Positions 1 to 11,150 of a stretch of 64,000 nt of DNA are shown here, one piece after another (positions within the stretch are counted from its first letter, which is position 1; each line of letters starts with the position of its first letter). The notes below the pieces were generated by a model. That model did no database searches. It was not told the origin of the DNA and saw only the letters and a list, made by a program, of their open reading frames with translations. Position numbers and translations under genes: made by a program. Origin of the DNA: Octopus vulgaris (taxonomy: Eukaryota); contig OX597818.1 in NCBI GenBank assembly GCA_951406725.2, positions 105,028,001-105,092,000 on the forward strand, given 5' to 3'.

Positions 1-600
1 TTTTGTGAGAAGCGGGGGTGGCTCAAAGTTATAGAAGTTGGCCTGAACTCGGAAGCATGTGGTTGAGAAGCAAACTTCTTACTACACATGCACGCCTACA
101 CGTTGTTTTCAGATCCTCCCATTGTCAACTTTGCCTTTCATCCTTTCGGGGTTGGAGTTGATAAAATGACGTAGAAGTCAAGAACATAACTAACTCTTTC
201 CCTTAAAACTGCTGACCATGTGCCAAAATTTGAAATAGTATTAGGGAATGGGGTACAATGAGCATTATTTATTGCATTTTTTACTTTGAGAAAATGTTCA
301 CTATCTTACAAAAACTATATCAGCTAAGCAAATGACCTTCATTAAATGCATTAAAAAAACTCTAACATATTCAGAGCACTCTTTCAGGAAATTATTTCTG
401 TTCTCTTTAAACATACAAAAAGCAAATTTAGGTGCGCAAAATGAGTAAGACAAAACAGGGTAAATTTGCCTCTTCAATTTTCCCAATTACATTTTTAAAA
501 GGACCCATCCTTAGACTTCAGAAAGATCAGAAATACAACAAAAATAAAAATACCTAGGTCAAAAGAAAGAGGATCGTGGAAAATGACATATGATATGAAA

Positions 601-2575
601 TTCAGTTCTTTATTTGCCACTAAGGACTTTACACAGAGGGACAATACAAGACAGACAGTGTGGGGGGGGGTCATACATGTAGTCGATAACAAGATGAAAT
701 AAACAACGTGATAGCGTGTAAACAGTGATAACATGTGTAAAAACAAAAAAAAAATTTGAATAAAACATTAGTAACAAAGAGGTACCCAAAAAGGGAAGCA
801 TACTGGGTTGGACGTGGAGACCCCTCAATCCTCGAACCAAAGTAGTCGCTAAGGTAAAACCTAGGAATTCAGGCTCAAGTTAGACATGCTGCCTAACTTG
901 AGCAAGAACATGAGAGAAAAAAAGAGTTATCTACATTATGGGCTGTGGGGGATGAAGGATTTTCCTCACTAATTTGGGTGGCTTGTGGGGTTTCCACGAT
1001 TAAATTTTTGTAAAGATTTTTGATAGTGGTTCTCTGTAGATTTCCTATGGCATTGGGGAAGTTTTCCTTTAGGTGGGTGTATATTTATTTCACTGGATGT
1101 ATATTTATTTTAACTGTTTATACTATTTGTATGCGCTTGGAAACATGCGGTAACGGGCTAATAAGATTGTGTGGTGCAATACCTGTGTTGTCTTGTATGT
1201 GTTTCATGAGGGATGCGTTTTTTACGTTGATGTCTGTGAAGTTTGTGACTGCGTTTGGTGTGCAGTGCTGGCAGTGGTGCAGGTGTTGTAGGTAATGTGG
1301 GTGTGTGTGACGGTGGTTATGTGTCTGTGTTGTGGTGGGGTGAAATCGTTTCTTCTTTTTTGGGGTACCTTCTTCCAATCATCGATGTCAGCTTCCTTGG
1401 GGCCATCAGGGTCCAACTGAGTATGTGGTAAATCCTTTGGGTTGGATGATTGGATTTCTTTCATAGGAGTTTAGGTCGTTGGTTCGATGGCTAGTTTTGT
1501 GCAATGCGATACTTTCTCTGTGTGTGTGGTGCACGTGTCTCTATTAGTGTTAACGGGTCTGTAGCGGTCTTCGCTGCCGTAGAAGTCGATAAGTGGTCAG
1601 TGAGTTGTTCAGACTTGGCTGTTTCGGTTGGGGTGGAGAGACTTGTGACGTGTCCTGTGTTGGATTCTGTTGGAATGCCGCCTTTGCTGGGGGTGGCTTT
1701 TATCTCTTACTCCTAATGAACAGAAGGCTTTAAAATGGTCTTTCTGTCCACATAGGTAGCACTTGGGTCTACGCCCCTCCACTATCACGCGCAGCTTTGC
1801 TCCGTCTAGCAGGTTTATCAGGTCCGGAATAAACTCGAAATCCCCTAGTTTGCTTGAATTAACATTTCAAACTCCTGCTCCCAGCGGTTCTGTAAGTGCA
1901 GTCTGTTTATGTTTTCCTCTATATCAAGCAGAACCGCTGCCGCCAGCCATAGGACGTCAATCTCTGGGGGCACCTCCCCAATTTTACTTTCGATATTCTT
2001 CGACCCAAGTAAGTCGGCAGGAGCACCAGCTCGTTCGCTTTTAAGGGCATTGTAGAGTGTTCTTTTGCTTCATCTTCCGAAGCGAGCCTCATATCCACAG
2101 TACCATAATTTTTTTTTCCTCTGGCCATGTAATTAATTTTTTCCAATGTGGGTTGAAGATACTTTTCTATCTCGTGGTTTTTGGTTTTGCTGATTTGGGT
2201 GTCCTTGAAAGTTTTCGATAACTTTTCTTGGGAAAGTAAACCATTCTCCTCCTCCTGTTCCCATAGAGAAGAGAAGGAAACATTTCGTTGTACAATTCGT
2301 CGCTCAGTTCGTTGTACACTTCAACGTTAGGGACATTACCCTCGCCATGACTGGAAACCATGATTAAAAAACAAAAAAGATTAATTGAACAGAAAAACTC
2401 CAACACAGATGAACAAGGGTATAATTCGCCCTTAGAAGTGGGGAATTTTGGGATGCGGCACCTCTTTTGCTAAGCATGTTCAGTTTCGAAAGTGCACGCA
2501 ATCAAAATAAACTGAACCCACTTTAGCAACAAGAAAGTAACAACACTTACGAACTCACAAAAATACATTCGCTCG
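601..2575 (-). mobile_element. Tx1/L1-like non-LTR retrotransposon unit A (ORF1 relic with CCHC knuckle plus 3' UTR, no intact ORF2)
   Basis: Minus-strand translation near 1720-1800 gives VIVEGRRPKCYLCGQKDHFKAFC (CX2CX4HX4C). ORF pieces 1919-2146 and 2167-2406 are frameshifted parts of one ORF1. The 3' tail (+ strand CCACTAAGGAC...AGAGGGACAATACA at ~617-650) is shared with unit B. Confidence 0.6.
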
Positions 2576-2589
2576 GCAAAAAAAAAATT

Positions 2590-4508
2590 GATTCGTTATT
2601 GGCCACTAAGGACCACATATAGAGGGACAATACAGGACAGAGAAGCTGAGGTCGTACGCCGGTACGGCAACAAAGAGAAAAGATCGAATGACGTTAAAAA
2701 TTTTAAATATTACAACAAAATGAGAAAAACAGGATAACGGCGATCTGTGGTTGTGGTGCTGGTGTTTGTGCTGGTTGTGTAGGGGTAGCGGTGTGAGTGC
2801 GGGAGGATATGTGTCTGTGATGCAGAGGGTTATCGGGAAGTATTCTTTCTTTTTCTTTTTTTTGTGGGGATCTCCTTCCAATCAGAGTTGGTGGCAGCCT
2901 AGTCCACCTCTGAGGTGGGGTCATCCTTGGAGTTTTGGTTGTCCCTTACTGAGTTGGCGCTGGTGGATGTATGGTTTGGAAGTGCACTCTCCCACGCGGG
3001 CGCCTCCTTAGCTTTTACTGCAGGGGCTGGGCTTGGTGTAGATTTTGCTGTATATTTTCCTGATCGTCCGGAGTTGAGGCGGCCTGAGTCTTAGTCTGCG
3101 CTGGTCTCACTTGGATCTGCTGTCGGAAGCTTATTACAGTGGATTCCAGTGGGCAGATGACCCTAACATATATCCCTTCTGTTCACATTTGTAGCATCTG
3201 GGTTTGCATCCCTCCACCATGACGTGCATCACTGGCCCATCTGGTCGTTTGATCAGGTCTGACAGCGCTTCAAGGTCCTGTTGGGATGCTTGAATAATTA
3301 GTTCTATTCCTTGGTGACTTCAAGGGTGTTTATGTTCGTTTCTAATCCAGCAGGGCAGCCGCTACCACCCATACGGTGTCTATTTCTAGTGGCACCTCCC
3401 CAATATTTATTTTGGAAGTTCTTCCCAAACAAGAAGGTAGAAAATACTGGTTCAGATGTTTTAAAGACACTGTGGAGTGTTCTTTGGCTTCTTCTGAAGC
3501 GAATCTAACCTCCACAGGGCCAGATTTTTCACCTCTTGCCACATAGGTGGTCCTGATCCAAATGGGTTGTAAGCATTTTTCTATTTGTTCTTTAGTGGCG
3601 TGTTCAATTTTTTTCTTTTGTTTTTGTTTTTTTAAAAGAGAATGTTTTATACGCATCATGAAAATTGTTCGAAAAACAGTTATTCGAAATAAATATTATT
3701 TGTATACTTGATTTTTAATTTTATCATTTTTGATTAAATAAAATTAAAAAATTAGAATAATTAACATTTCGTATAAATGTCCTTTTGAGTAATTATCATT
3801 CATACAAGTTTCCATTCGAATAAATGTTTTTCGAATAATTGTTTTCGAACAATTATTTTCGAACAATGTTCACATAATCGTTTTATAAGTTATTGCTTTA
3901 CGCAAGTTTTTTTTGCGCAATTTCGCAGAGAGGGGTTAGGCTTACACTAGCTTACATTAGGTGCCGTCTTTTTTTAGTAGGCTTTTGAATTTTTTCAGTT
4001 CTTCTGTGATAAGATTTAACTTTTCTTGGTTGACTGTAGCCGCCGATATGAAGCCGCGACTCGCTAGTCATTGTTTGTGGGTATTTCTCATGAGAGTGAC
4101 TGGTAATGGCGGCGTTAGTACTTGAGATATTTTATTTTCCTATGCAACAACAGCGTTCTCCTTCTCCTCCTTCTCTCTCTCTCTCTCTCTCTCTCTCCAC
4201 AAAGGAAAGGTGAGAAAGCCTCTTCGTAACTTCCAGATGGTGGGGTGAGAAGAGGCGCAATCATCCTTCAGCTTTTCTTCCATCTTATAGAAAGAGATTT
4301 GCGTGTCGAAAAAATGTTGGTTTTTCATCCAACTTGTAAGGTGGCAATTCGCCCCCAAAGGGGCGAACCTTCTAAGTTTGGTGAAACTTCAACCGTCAAG
4401 CGGGCTCAGTTTCAAAAAGGAGGAAGAATGCAAAAAATTTTACAAGTTTCAATTCGAACAACAGAGTAATACAGAGCACAAAATTGTCAAACCCTCATGC
4501 GTCCACAC
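2590..4508 (-). mobile_element. Tx1/L1-like non-LTR retrotransposon unit B (diverged ORF1 relic plus the same 3' tail)
   Basis: ORF 3342-3659 (YVARGEKSGPVEVRFASEEAKEHSTVSLK...LPSCLGR) aligns by eye to unit A (YMARGKKNYGTVDMRLASEDEAKEHSTMPLK...LPTYLGR). Knuckle relic VMVEGCKPRCYKCEQKG near 3170-3225. Shared tail at ~2603-2640. Confidence 0.55.
3652..3879. mobile_element. MITE with TTCGAA-rich subterminal repeats inserted in unit B ORF1
   Basis: Imperfect terminal inverted repeats (AAAATTGTTCGAAAA / TTTTCGAACAATGTT). Direct repeat GTTTTATA at 3644-3651 and 3880-3887. Confidence 0.55.
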
Positions 4509-5218
4509 ATGATATGAAACTAACGAGACTTTACTATATCTAAAAGTATAAGATATTCTCTATACCTCCTTCACGATCTGTGAAGAAGGTATAGAGAGTG
4601 ACTCTCTTTCTAATAGATTTATGCACCATGCAGTTAAAGAGAAGAAATTATTGAAATTAGTCATTACTCATTCTACTCCACCTTAGACATTTTTTTTTCT
4701 TATTTATTTTTTTATTTTTGAAAATTGAAAATGATCAAATTAGACATCGGTGTGGGAGGAAATTGACTTCGAATCCAACAGATAAAATAATTTTAATGGT
4801 TAAACAACAAAAATATCTAAATAGTAACCTCAATTACAAATGGGTCAAGGTTGAGGTAAAAATGTCGTGAAAAAATGTATCTGTCTCTTGACTACATTTC
4901 AAACTTTCTCGACTTCAACACCAACGACAATGCTGGCCAATTTTAACTCTCAAAGAAGATGCAACAGTACAAAATTACGATGCAATACTTGCAATGTGAT
5001 GGTTTTGAACAATTAAAGAGAAAACAAGAAATCAGAAATTACTTATTTTGCCCCACTGACCCATTTTGCCCAACCCCCACCGCACAGCACATACACACCT
5101 ACTGTTAAGAGGTGTCGAATTCGATCCCATAAACTAGCATCTTGGTTGACTCATATCTTGTATATAAAAATGTGTAGATGAATACTGGATCGTACCAATA
5201 TTTCAAATGATGCAGCCT

Positions 5219-5887
5219 TCTAGGGTAAGATTCATGACAGACGAACTGTAGACAGGAACTTAGCTACGGGTAAGTTGGTTAGCAGCAAAAGGGACTTCCG
5301 GTGGGAGAAGAAGAACAAAGGAATGTCAGCTGGAGGGTTAAACGAATCTGAATGAACTAAACAGGGATCTTTTCAGTTTGACCGGCAGTTTTTTAAAATA
5401 ATTTCTACGTAACTAAACACTTTTCAACTGGTAGAATGTGTTTTTAAAACATCTTTTTCTCTTGGCTTTATTGAGAAAATTCTATAGTTTGTAAGATATT
5501 TGTTATTGTTTTTTTCTTCTCCAATTTCTGCAATTTCAAGCAATCAATGACGTCTATTGAGGTGAAAACATTCTGTCGTATGAATATGTCCCTCGTTTAA
5601 AAAACAGATTGGGTTTATTTACATTTCTGAAGAAAAAAAGATACCCTTCCCCCCACCCCTAACCCCAACCCTAAAACAGATTGAAATACAATAGATCGAT
5701 ACTAGGGTCATAATTATGGGTGACAATTTCATATGACACCGCTAGAAAAAACTGCCGTTCAAACCGAAAAGATCCCTAAACAGAAATAACTGGCGACTCA
5801 AGCCCTGGTGTACGTAAAATAATAAATCTTTGATAAATGTATTTTCGTATCTACTAGTTTGTTTGCGTATAGCTTAATAAAGCTATA
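5219..5887 (+). repeat. 5' LTR of the outer Gypsy element (interrupted by a MITE)
   Basis: Colinear with 10633-10894 once 5365-5775 is removed; followed by the PBS. Confidence 0.9.
5365..5775. mobile_element. Non-autonomous DNA transposon (MITE), GG-terminal ~30-bp TIRs
   Basis: GGATCTTTTCAGTTTGACCGGCAGTTTTT ... AAAAACTGCCGTTCAAACCGAAAAGATCC. Flanking direct repeat CTAAACAG at 5357-5364 and 5776-5783. Absent from the 3' LTR. Confidence 0.9.
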
Positions 5888-8800
5888 ACTGATGACCCCG
5901 ACGATAGAGCAAGAGCTCTCGCTATCGAAACCAACATGGCAAGCAACAAAACAACACTGAGGCTTCCACGATTATGGCTTAACAGGGCTGAACTGTGGTT
6001 CGCGCAGGCGGAAGCCCAATTCAATATAAACAACGTAACGACCGACTAAATACTCGTACGTTATGGCAGCAGTAGATGAAGATACGGCAACGAGGGTGCT
6101 GGACATTTTAACCCAACCCCGACCAACGCACAAATGCGCCTTGTTGAAAAACAGGTTAGTGGATACATTCCGACGCGGTGAACGAGAAGCGGCAGCCAAG
6201 ATACTGGAGGAGGAATTAGGCGATTCTAAGCCTTCGGAACTGATGGACAAGATGTTAGCATTAGTTCCCCCAACCCGGTGAGTCACCTTTTTATTTAGGG
6301 AAATATTCCTCCGCAAGCTGTCACCCTTAGATCCAGGCCCTCATAACTCAGACCGAAATCAAGAACCTGCGGCAATTAGCGAAGGCAGCTGGCAAACATT
6401 TTTTTATCCAGTGGTGTTATGGTCAACGCCATAGGGTCGGCCCCGAGACAGGGTAGGGTTAAGCAAAATGACATGTGCTTCTACCACGCAAAGTTCGGGG
6501 AAAAGGCGACAAAGTGCAAACAGCCGTGTAGCTTGGGTACCCCTTCACCAGTGATCTAGGAAAACTCCAGAGCCAGCCGCCATTGAACGCCTGGTTGCCG
6601 GCAGACATGATCAAATGCTCCTCAATGTCCGCGATCGGACACAAGAGTAGAAGTCAGCGTGATCCCGGCGTCGGCAAGGGACCTCCGTCACGGAAAGCGG
6701 AGCCAACTTTTAACAGCCACCAGCGGGTCCACAATCGAGGCATACGGTCGTCTCATCCTTTCTCTCAACATCAGCTCATAAAAATACACATGGGCATTCA
6801 CCATCGCCGATGTCCATCAACCCATAATCGGAGCAGCCTTTCTTCGATCACACTTGCTACTGGTTGATTTGCGAGGAAGACGACTCCTCGACAACAACAC
6901 ATACGCTTCCGTGCCTCTTGCAACATCTGCACATGTTCCCCCCCACCACCACCACCGCATAGCAACCGTTTCGCAGACCAAGAACGAATTATCGAATCTT
7001 CTTTTAAGTAGCCCCAATCTCACCACTCTGACATTCTCCAAACCTTCAGCCCGCTACGAGGTGATACGCCACATCTAAACCCCCGCCCCACCCCAGTGCA
7101 CAGCCGCGCACATCGTCTATCACCAGACAAACTTGCAATCGCGAAGGCCGAATTCGACAATATGAATGCATTGGGCATAGTTCACCGATCAAACAGTCCC
7201 TGATCGTCACCTCTGCATGTGGCCCCCAAATCCAACGGAGGTTATTAACCCTGTGACGATTACCGTCATCTCAACGCAGATACGATACCTGTCGCTACCC
7301 CATACAGGATTTCTCAGCCCAGCTAGTCCGTGGATACTACCAAATACCAGTACAAGACGACGATGTACCGAAAACCGCTGTGATCACTCCTTTCGGTATG
7401 TACGAATTCCTATGTACACCCTTTCGGCTTACAAACGCAGCATACTCCTTCCAACGCCTGATAGACAGCATGTGCAGAGGTCTCGATTTTGTCTTTGCAT
7501 ACTCAGACGATATCCTTATTGCAAGCGAAAATGCGGAGCTACATAAGAAGTACATAGTGACTCTTTTTCATAGGCTGGAACAGTATGGTTTAATAATCAA
7601 CCCCCCTCGCCCCGAGTGCGTTTTTGGTGCGACAGAAATCGACTTCTTGGGACACTGAATCAAAAGTGCCGGCGCTACAATGACTTCAGCATTCGAATCC
7701 ACAAAGCAAGCCCTGGCTCAAGCAACCATGCTGTCCCATCCTCATATGTCAGCTTGGACTGCACTCATGGTTGCCGCATCGGACACAGCCATTGGGGGAG
7801 TTTGGAAACAACACATCAACAGCCAGTGGCGACCGCTCGCCTTCTTCAGTCGACAACTACGACCCCCTGAACAGAAATACAGTGTATTCGACAGGAAACT
7901 ACTGGCTGTCCATCTAGGTGTTCGCCACTTTCGCTATTTCCTTGAAGGCCGCATGTTTACAGTATTCACAGATCACAAACCACTTACCTTTGCTATGAGC
8001 AAGCTCTCGGAGCGTTGGTCTGTCGCCAGCAACGACAGCTATCGGCCATTTTTGAATACATCACAGACATCCAACACATAGCCAGCAATGGCAACCCAGT
8101 TGCCGACGCACTCTCTCGTGCTCCAACCTGCTCTCATACCTACCTAGCACCAACAATGGAAGGCTTGGATTATGAAGCTATGGCTGCAACCCAAAAGACA
8201 GATGACGAGATCAGGGCCTACCGCACTGCCATCACATCACTTTCTTTGCAGGATGTACACTTTGGCTCTAACGGCACAACCCTACTATGTGACGTATCCA
8301 CTGGGAAGCTACGACTGATCGTCCCATCGGCCTGTCGCAAGAAAGTTTTCGACGTCATTCTCAGACTTTCCCATCCAGGTACTAAAGCCACACTGCGGCT
8401 ACTGTCAAACAAATTCATCTGGCATTATATGGTCAAGCAAATCAGGGACTGCATCCTCTGTTAACAAGTCAAATTCCATCAACACACCATAGCACCCCTC
8501 GGCAACTATGAACCACCTCGGGCCCGATTCAGCCATGTCAACATTGACCTTGTCGGCCCCTTACCACCTTCACATGGTTACTCGTATCTACTGACCTTGG
8601 TAGACCGCTATACCCATTGGCCTGAGGCTTTCCCTCTCCGCAGCACGGAAACACAAGAAGTCAGCCGAGCCTTCATCGCAAACTGGGTCGCCCGTTTCGA
8701 TGTCCCACACAGCATCTCATCCGATCGGGGTCCACAATTCATCTCAAAGCTGTGGAGTGACATGTGTGACCTTTTTGGAATCACACAACAGCCTACCACC

Positions 8801-9158
8801 CACAGGCCAACAGATTTCACCGCCGCCTGAAGGAATCCCTGACAACCAAACTTAACGGGTCAAATTGGATTGATCAGCTCCCATGAGTGATGCTGAGAAT
8901 CCGCACCGCCCCAAAAGAAAATCTCAACACTTCCTCCGCGAAAATGGTGTACGGTTCCCCTCTTGCAATGCCAGGAGAGTTCCTTCCCAATACGAAATGA
9001 GACCCGGATGTCAAAAGGTACATCGCTCAACTGAGAGACAGCGTGGGCCAGTTGCGCCCTGTTCCCCCGTACCAAATGACCTCCACATGGCTAACTTTGC
9101 GTTCGTTCGACGTGACACACGACGAAAACCTTGCCAGTCACCCTACGATGGTCCATAT

Positions 9159-10358
9159 TGTTGTTGTTATATATATATATAATGTATTGAGTATTAAAGG
9201 AAGTAGTGAGTACTTAGTATGAAAGATTAAGAAAATGAGAGAGACTGAAAAAACGTGTTAACGATACGAGATACTTTGTGAAATGCTGGGCATTTATTTC
9301 TTTTGTGATTATAACCACAATAGTGACAGTTAGTGACGTAGTGTTGACTTGGCGCTTGAAACTTCGCGGGCTTTCTGTCACTTCCGCCTTGTTCGTTTTG
9401 ATGTCTGGATTGCATATGACGAGTTATTTGAGTTTTGGCGCCTTTTCTGTCGTGTTGACTATATACCCTCGAGATTTCGTTATCTCTTGTTTCGGATGTG
9501 GCATTTAGCATCCTTGATTGGAGTCTTGTTTGCTCTGCACTCTGACCTGCTTGAATTGTTTTTTGTAAGTCTAAATTTGGTTCTTTCAATAATCTTTCTC
9601 TTAATCTCATGTCTCTGATTCCACATATCAGAATATCTTTGGTGAGACTGTCTGTGAGGTTGCCGAATTCGCACTGTTGTGCCTTTTGGCGCAACTCTAC
9701 CACGTACTCATAGAATTTTTGATGTTCCGCTTGTCCACATGTGAAGAATTTGTGTCTCAGGAAAGTTATGTTTTTCCTGGGTTCACAATATGCATCGAAT
9801 TTTTCGATTACTGTTTGAAGGTTTATTTCTTCGTCGGGTGAATCGAAATCCAGAGTGGAATGGATGTCTCGGCCTTTGGAACCGATGCAAGTTAAAAACA
9901 TTGAAGTTTTTACTTTGTCTGGCTTCATGTCACTTTCTGTTGCTATCAAAAAGAGATTGAATTCTTTTTTCCACTTTTTCCATGCTGCGGCTAGATTTTC
10001 CTGATTAAAGTCTAGGTCTTTTGGATGCGGTAAATTTTCCATTTCGTCTTTGAAGTATGATTTCAACTTCTTTTTTCTTTTGGTTTCTGTATTTTGGGTT
10101 CTTTTAGTATTCTGACACCATGTTGTTGTTATATATATATAATGTATTGAGTATTAAAGGAAGTAGTGAGTACTTAGTATGAAAGATTAAGAAAATGAGA
10201 GAGACTGAAAAAACGTGTTAACGATACGAGATACTTTATTAGACTGCCGTTGTTGTACAAGGTATTTGTTGTGGCGGGAAACTTACTGAATGTCCTTGTA
10301 TCAAGGGAGACAATGGGCAACGTTGATTGTTCATGTTTGTTGTGATGATTACATAACA
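9159..10358 (-). mobile_element. Nested, internally deleted gag-only LTR retrotransposon (Gypsy, Mag-like)
   Basis: Full LTR 10121-10358 (TG...CA). Minus-strand PBS TGGTGTCAGA at 10111-10120. Partial second LTR 9159-9277. 5-bp TSD CATAT at 9154-9158 and 10359-10363. Confidence 0.93.
9227..10066 (-). CDS. Retrotransposon Gag protein, uninterrupted ORF; its C-terminus reads into the truncated LTR
   Basis: 279-aa ORF (likely ATG near 10042, MENLPHP). Mag-like gag motifs WKKWKKEFNLFL, YCEPRKNITFLRHKFF, CEFG...DILICGIRD; knuckle CHYCGYNHKRNKCPA. Confidence 0.85.
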   Translation of the reverse strand: MKSYFKDEMENLPHPKDLDFNQENLAAAWKKWKKEFNLFLIATESDMKPDKVKTSMFLTCIGSKGRDIHSTLDFDSPDEEINLQTVIEKFDAYCEPRKNITFLRHKFFTCGQAEHQKFYEYVVELRQKAQQCEFGNLTDSLTKDILICGIRDMRLRERLLKEPNLDLQKTIQAGQSAEQTRLQSRMLNATSETRDNEISRVYSQHDRKGAKTQITRHMQSRHQNEQGGSDRKPAKFQAPSQHYVTNCHYCGYNHKRNKCPAFHKVSRIVNTFFQSLSFS

Positions 10359-10632
10359 CATATCAAGTCATACATCCGGAAGATAAAACATTCCAACTCC
10401 TAATTGGTGGACAAGGCCCATTCGCCATCGATAGATTGAAACCGGCCCATCTCAATATTGACAGCCCCGCTCAGGTAGCCCAGCCACCAAACAGGGACCG
10501 CCCTTGGCAGATCAAACCAAGCCTTGACAAAGAACAATCACCAAAGAATCGAGTAACCACACGCATGGACAGGACTATTAAAACGCCTTTCTGTTTCCAA
10601 CGACAGTCAACAGTTTTGGGGTGGGGGAGCTA

Positions 10633-10894
10633 TGTAGGGCAAGATTCATGACAGACGAATTGTAGACAGTAACTTCACTGCGGGTTAGCTACGGGGAAGT
10701 TGGTAAGCAGCAAAGGGGACTTCTGGTGGGAGAAGAAGAACAAAAGAATGTTAGCAGTGAGGGTTAAACGAATCTGAGAAAAATAAACAGAAATAACTGG
10801 TTACTCAAACCCTGATATATATAAAGTAATAAATCTTTGATAAATGTATTCTCGTCTCTACTAGTCTGTTTGCATATAGCTTAATAAAGCTATA
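10633..10894 (+). repeat. 3' LTR of the outer Gypsy element
   Basis: Starts TGTAGGGCAAGATTCATGACAGACG after the PPT; matches the 5' LTR; contains AATAAA motifs. Confidence 0.9.
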
Positions 10895-11015
10895 ACCTCG
10901 TCTCACACACAATGTCGATCTGACACTACTTGAGAATTATGTCAAGCATATACCTGTTAGTGGAATGTTCAGTCACACACACCCTAATTCAGAAGCAGGT
11001 GATTTGATTTATTAA

Positions 11016-11150
11016 GGCGTATGGTTTAGTGGTTGGCGTGTTGCACTCACGATCGTGAGATCATGGTTTCGATTCCCAGACCAAGCTGCGTGTTGTTTTC
11101 TTGAGCAAAACACATCATTTCACGTTGCTCCAATCTACTCAGCGGATTGG
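11016..11150 (+). mobile_element. tRNA-derived SINE head
   Basis: A box TGGTTTAGTGG and B box GTTTCGATTCC, followed by a SINE-like central domain (TTCTTGAGCAAAACAC...TTGCTCCA). Confidence 0.6.

Larger units (their letters stand above)
5936..10600 (+). pseudogene. Disrupted gag-pol of the outer Gypsy element
   Basis: Fragmentary ORFs 6063-6281, 6854-7078, 7380-7658, 7680-8081, 8015-8464, 8597-8830 in gag-PR-RT-RH-IN order, interrupted by the nested element 9159-10358. Confidence 0.9.
5219..10894 (+). mobile_element. Degenerate Ty3/Gypsy LTR retrotransposon (LTR-gag-PR-RT-RNaseH-IN-LTR)
   Basis: LTRs at 5219-5887 and 10633-10894. PBS TGATGACCCCGACG at 5890 resembles a tRNA-Trp PBS. PPT-like G-rich tract at 10617-10630. 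Gag (LGDSKPSELMDKML), RT (ITPFGMYEF...AYSDDILIAS), RNase H (WRPLAFFSRQL...FTDHKPL), integrase (VDRYTHWPEA...SDRGPQF) and GPY motif. Many stops and frameshifts. Possible 4-bp TSD GCCT/ACCT. Confidence 0.95.

Noticed and set aside
5655-5675. Interstitial telomere
   Set aside because: Only about three degenerate units, internal to a MITE.
11016-11090. tRNA gene
   Set aside because: A and B boxes are present, but there is no clean cloverleaf or acceptor stem and it continues into a SINE body.
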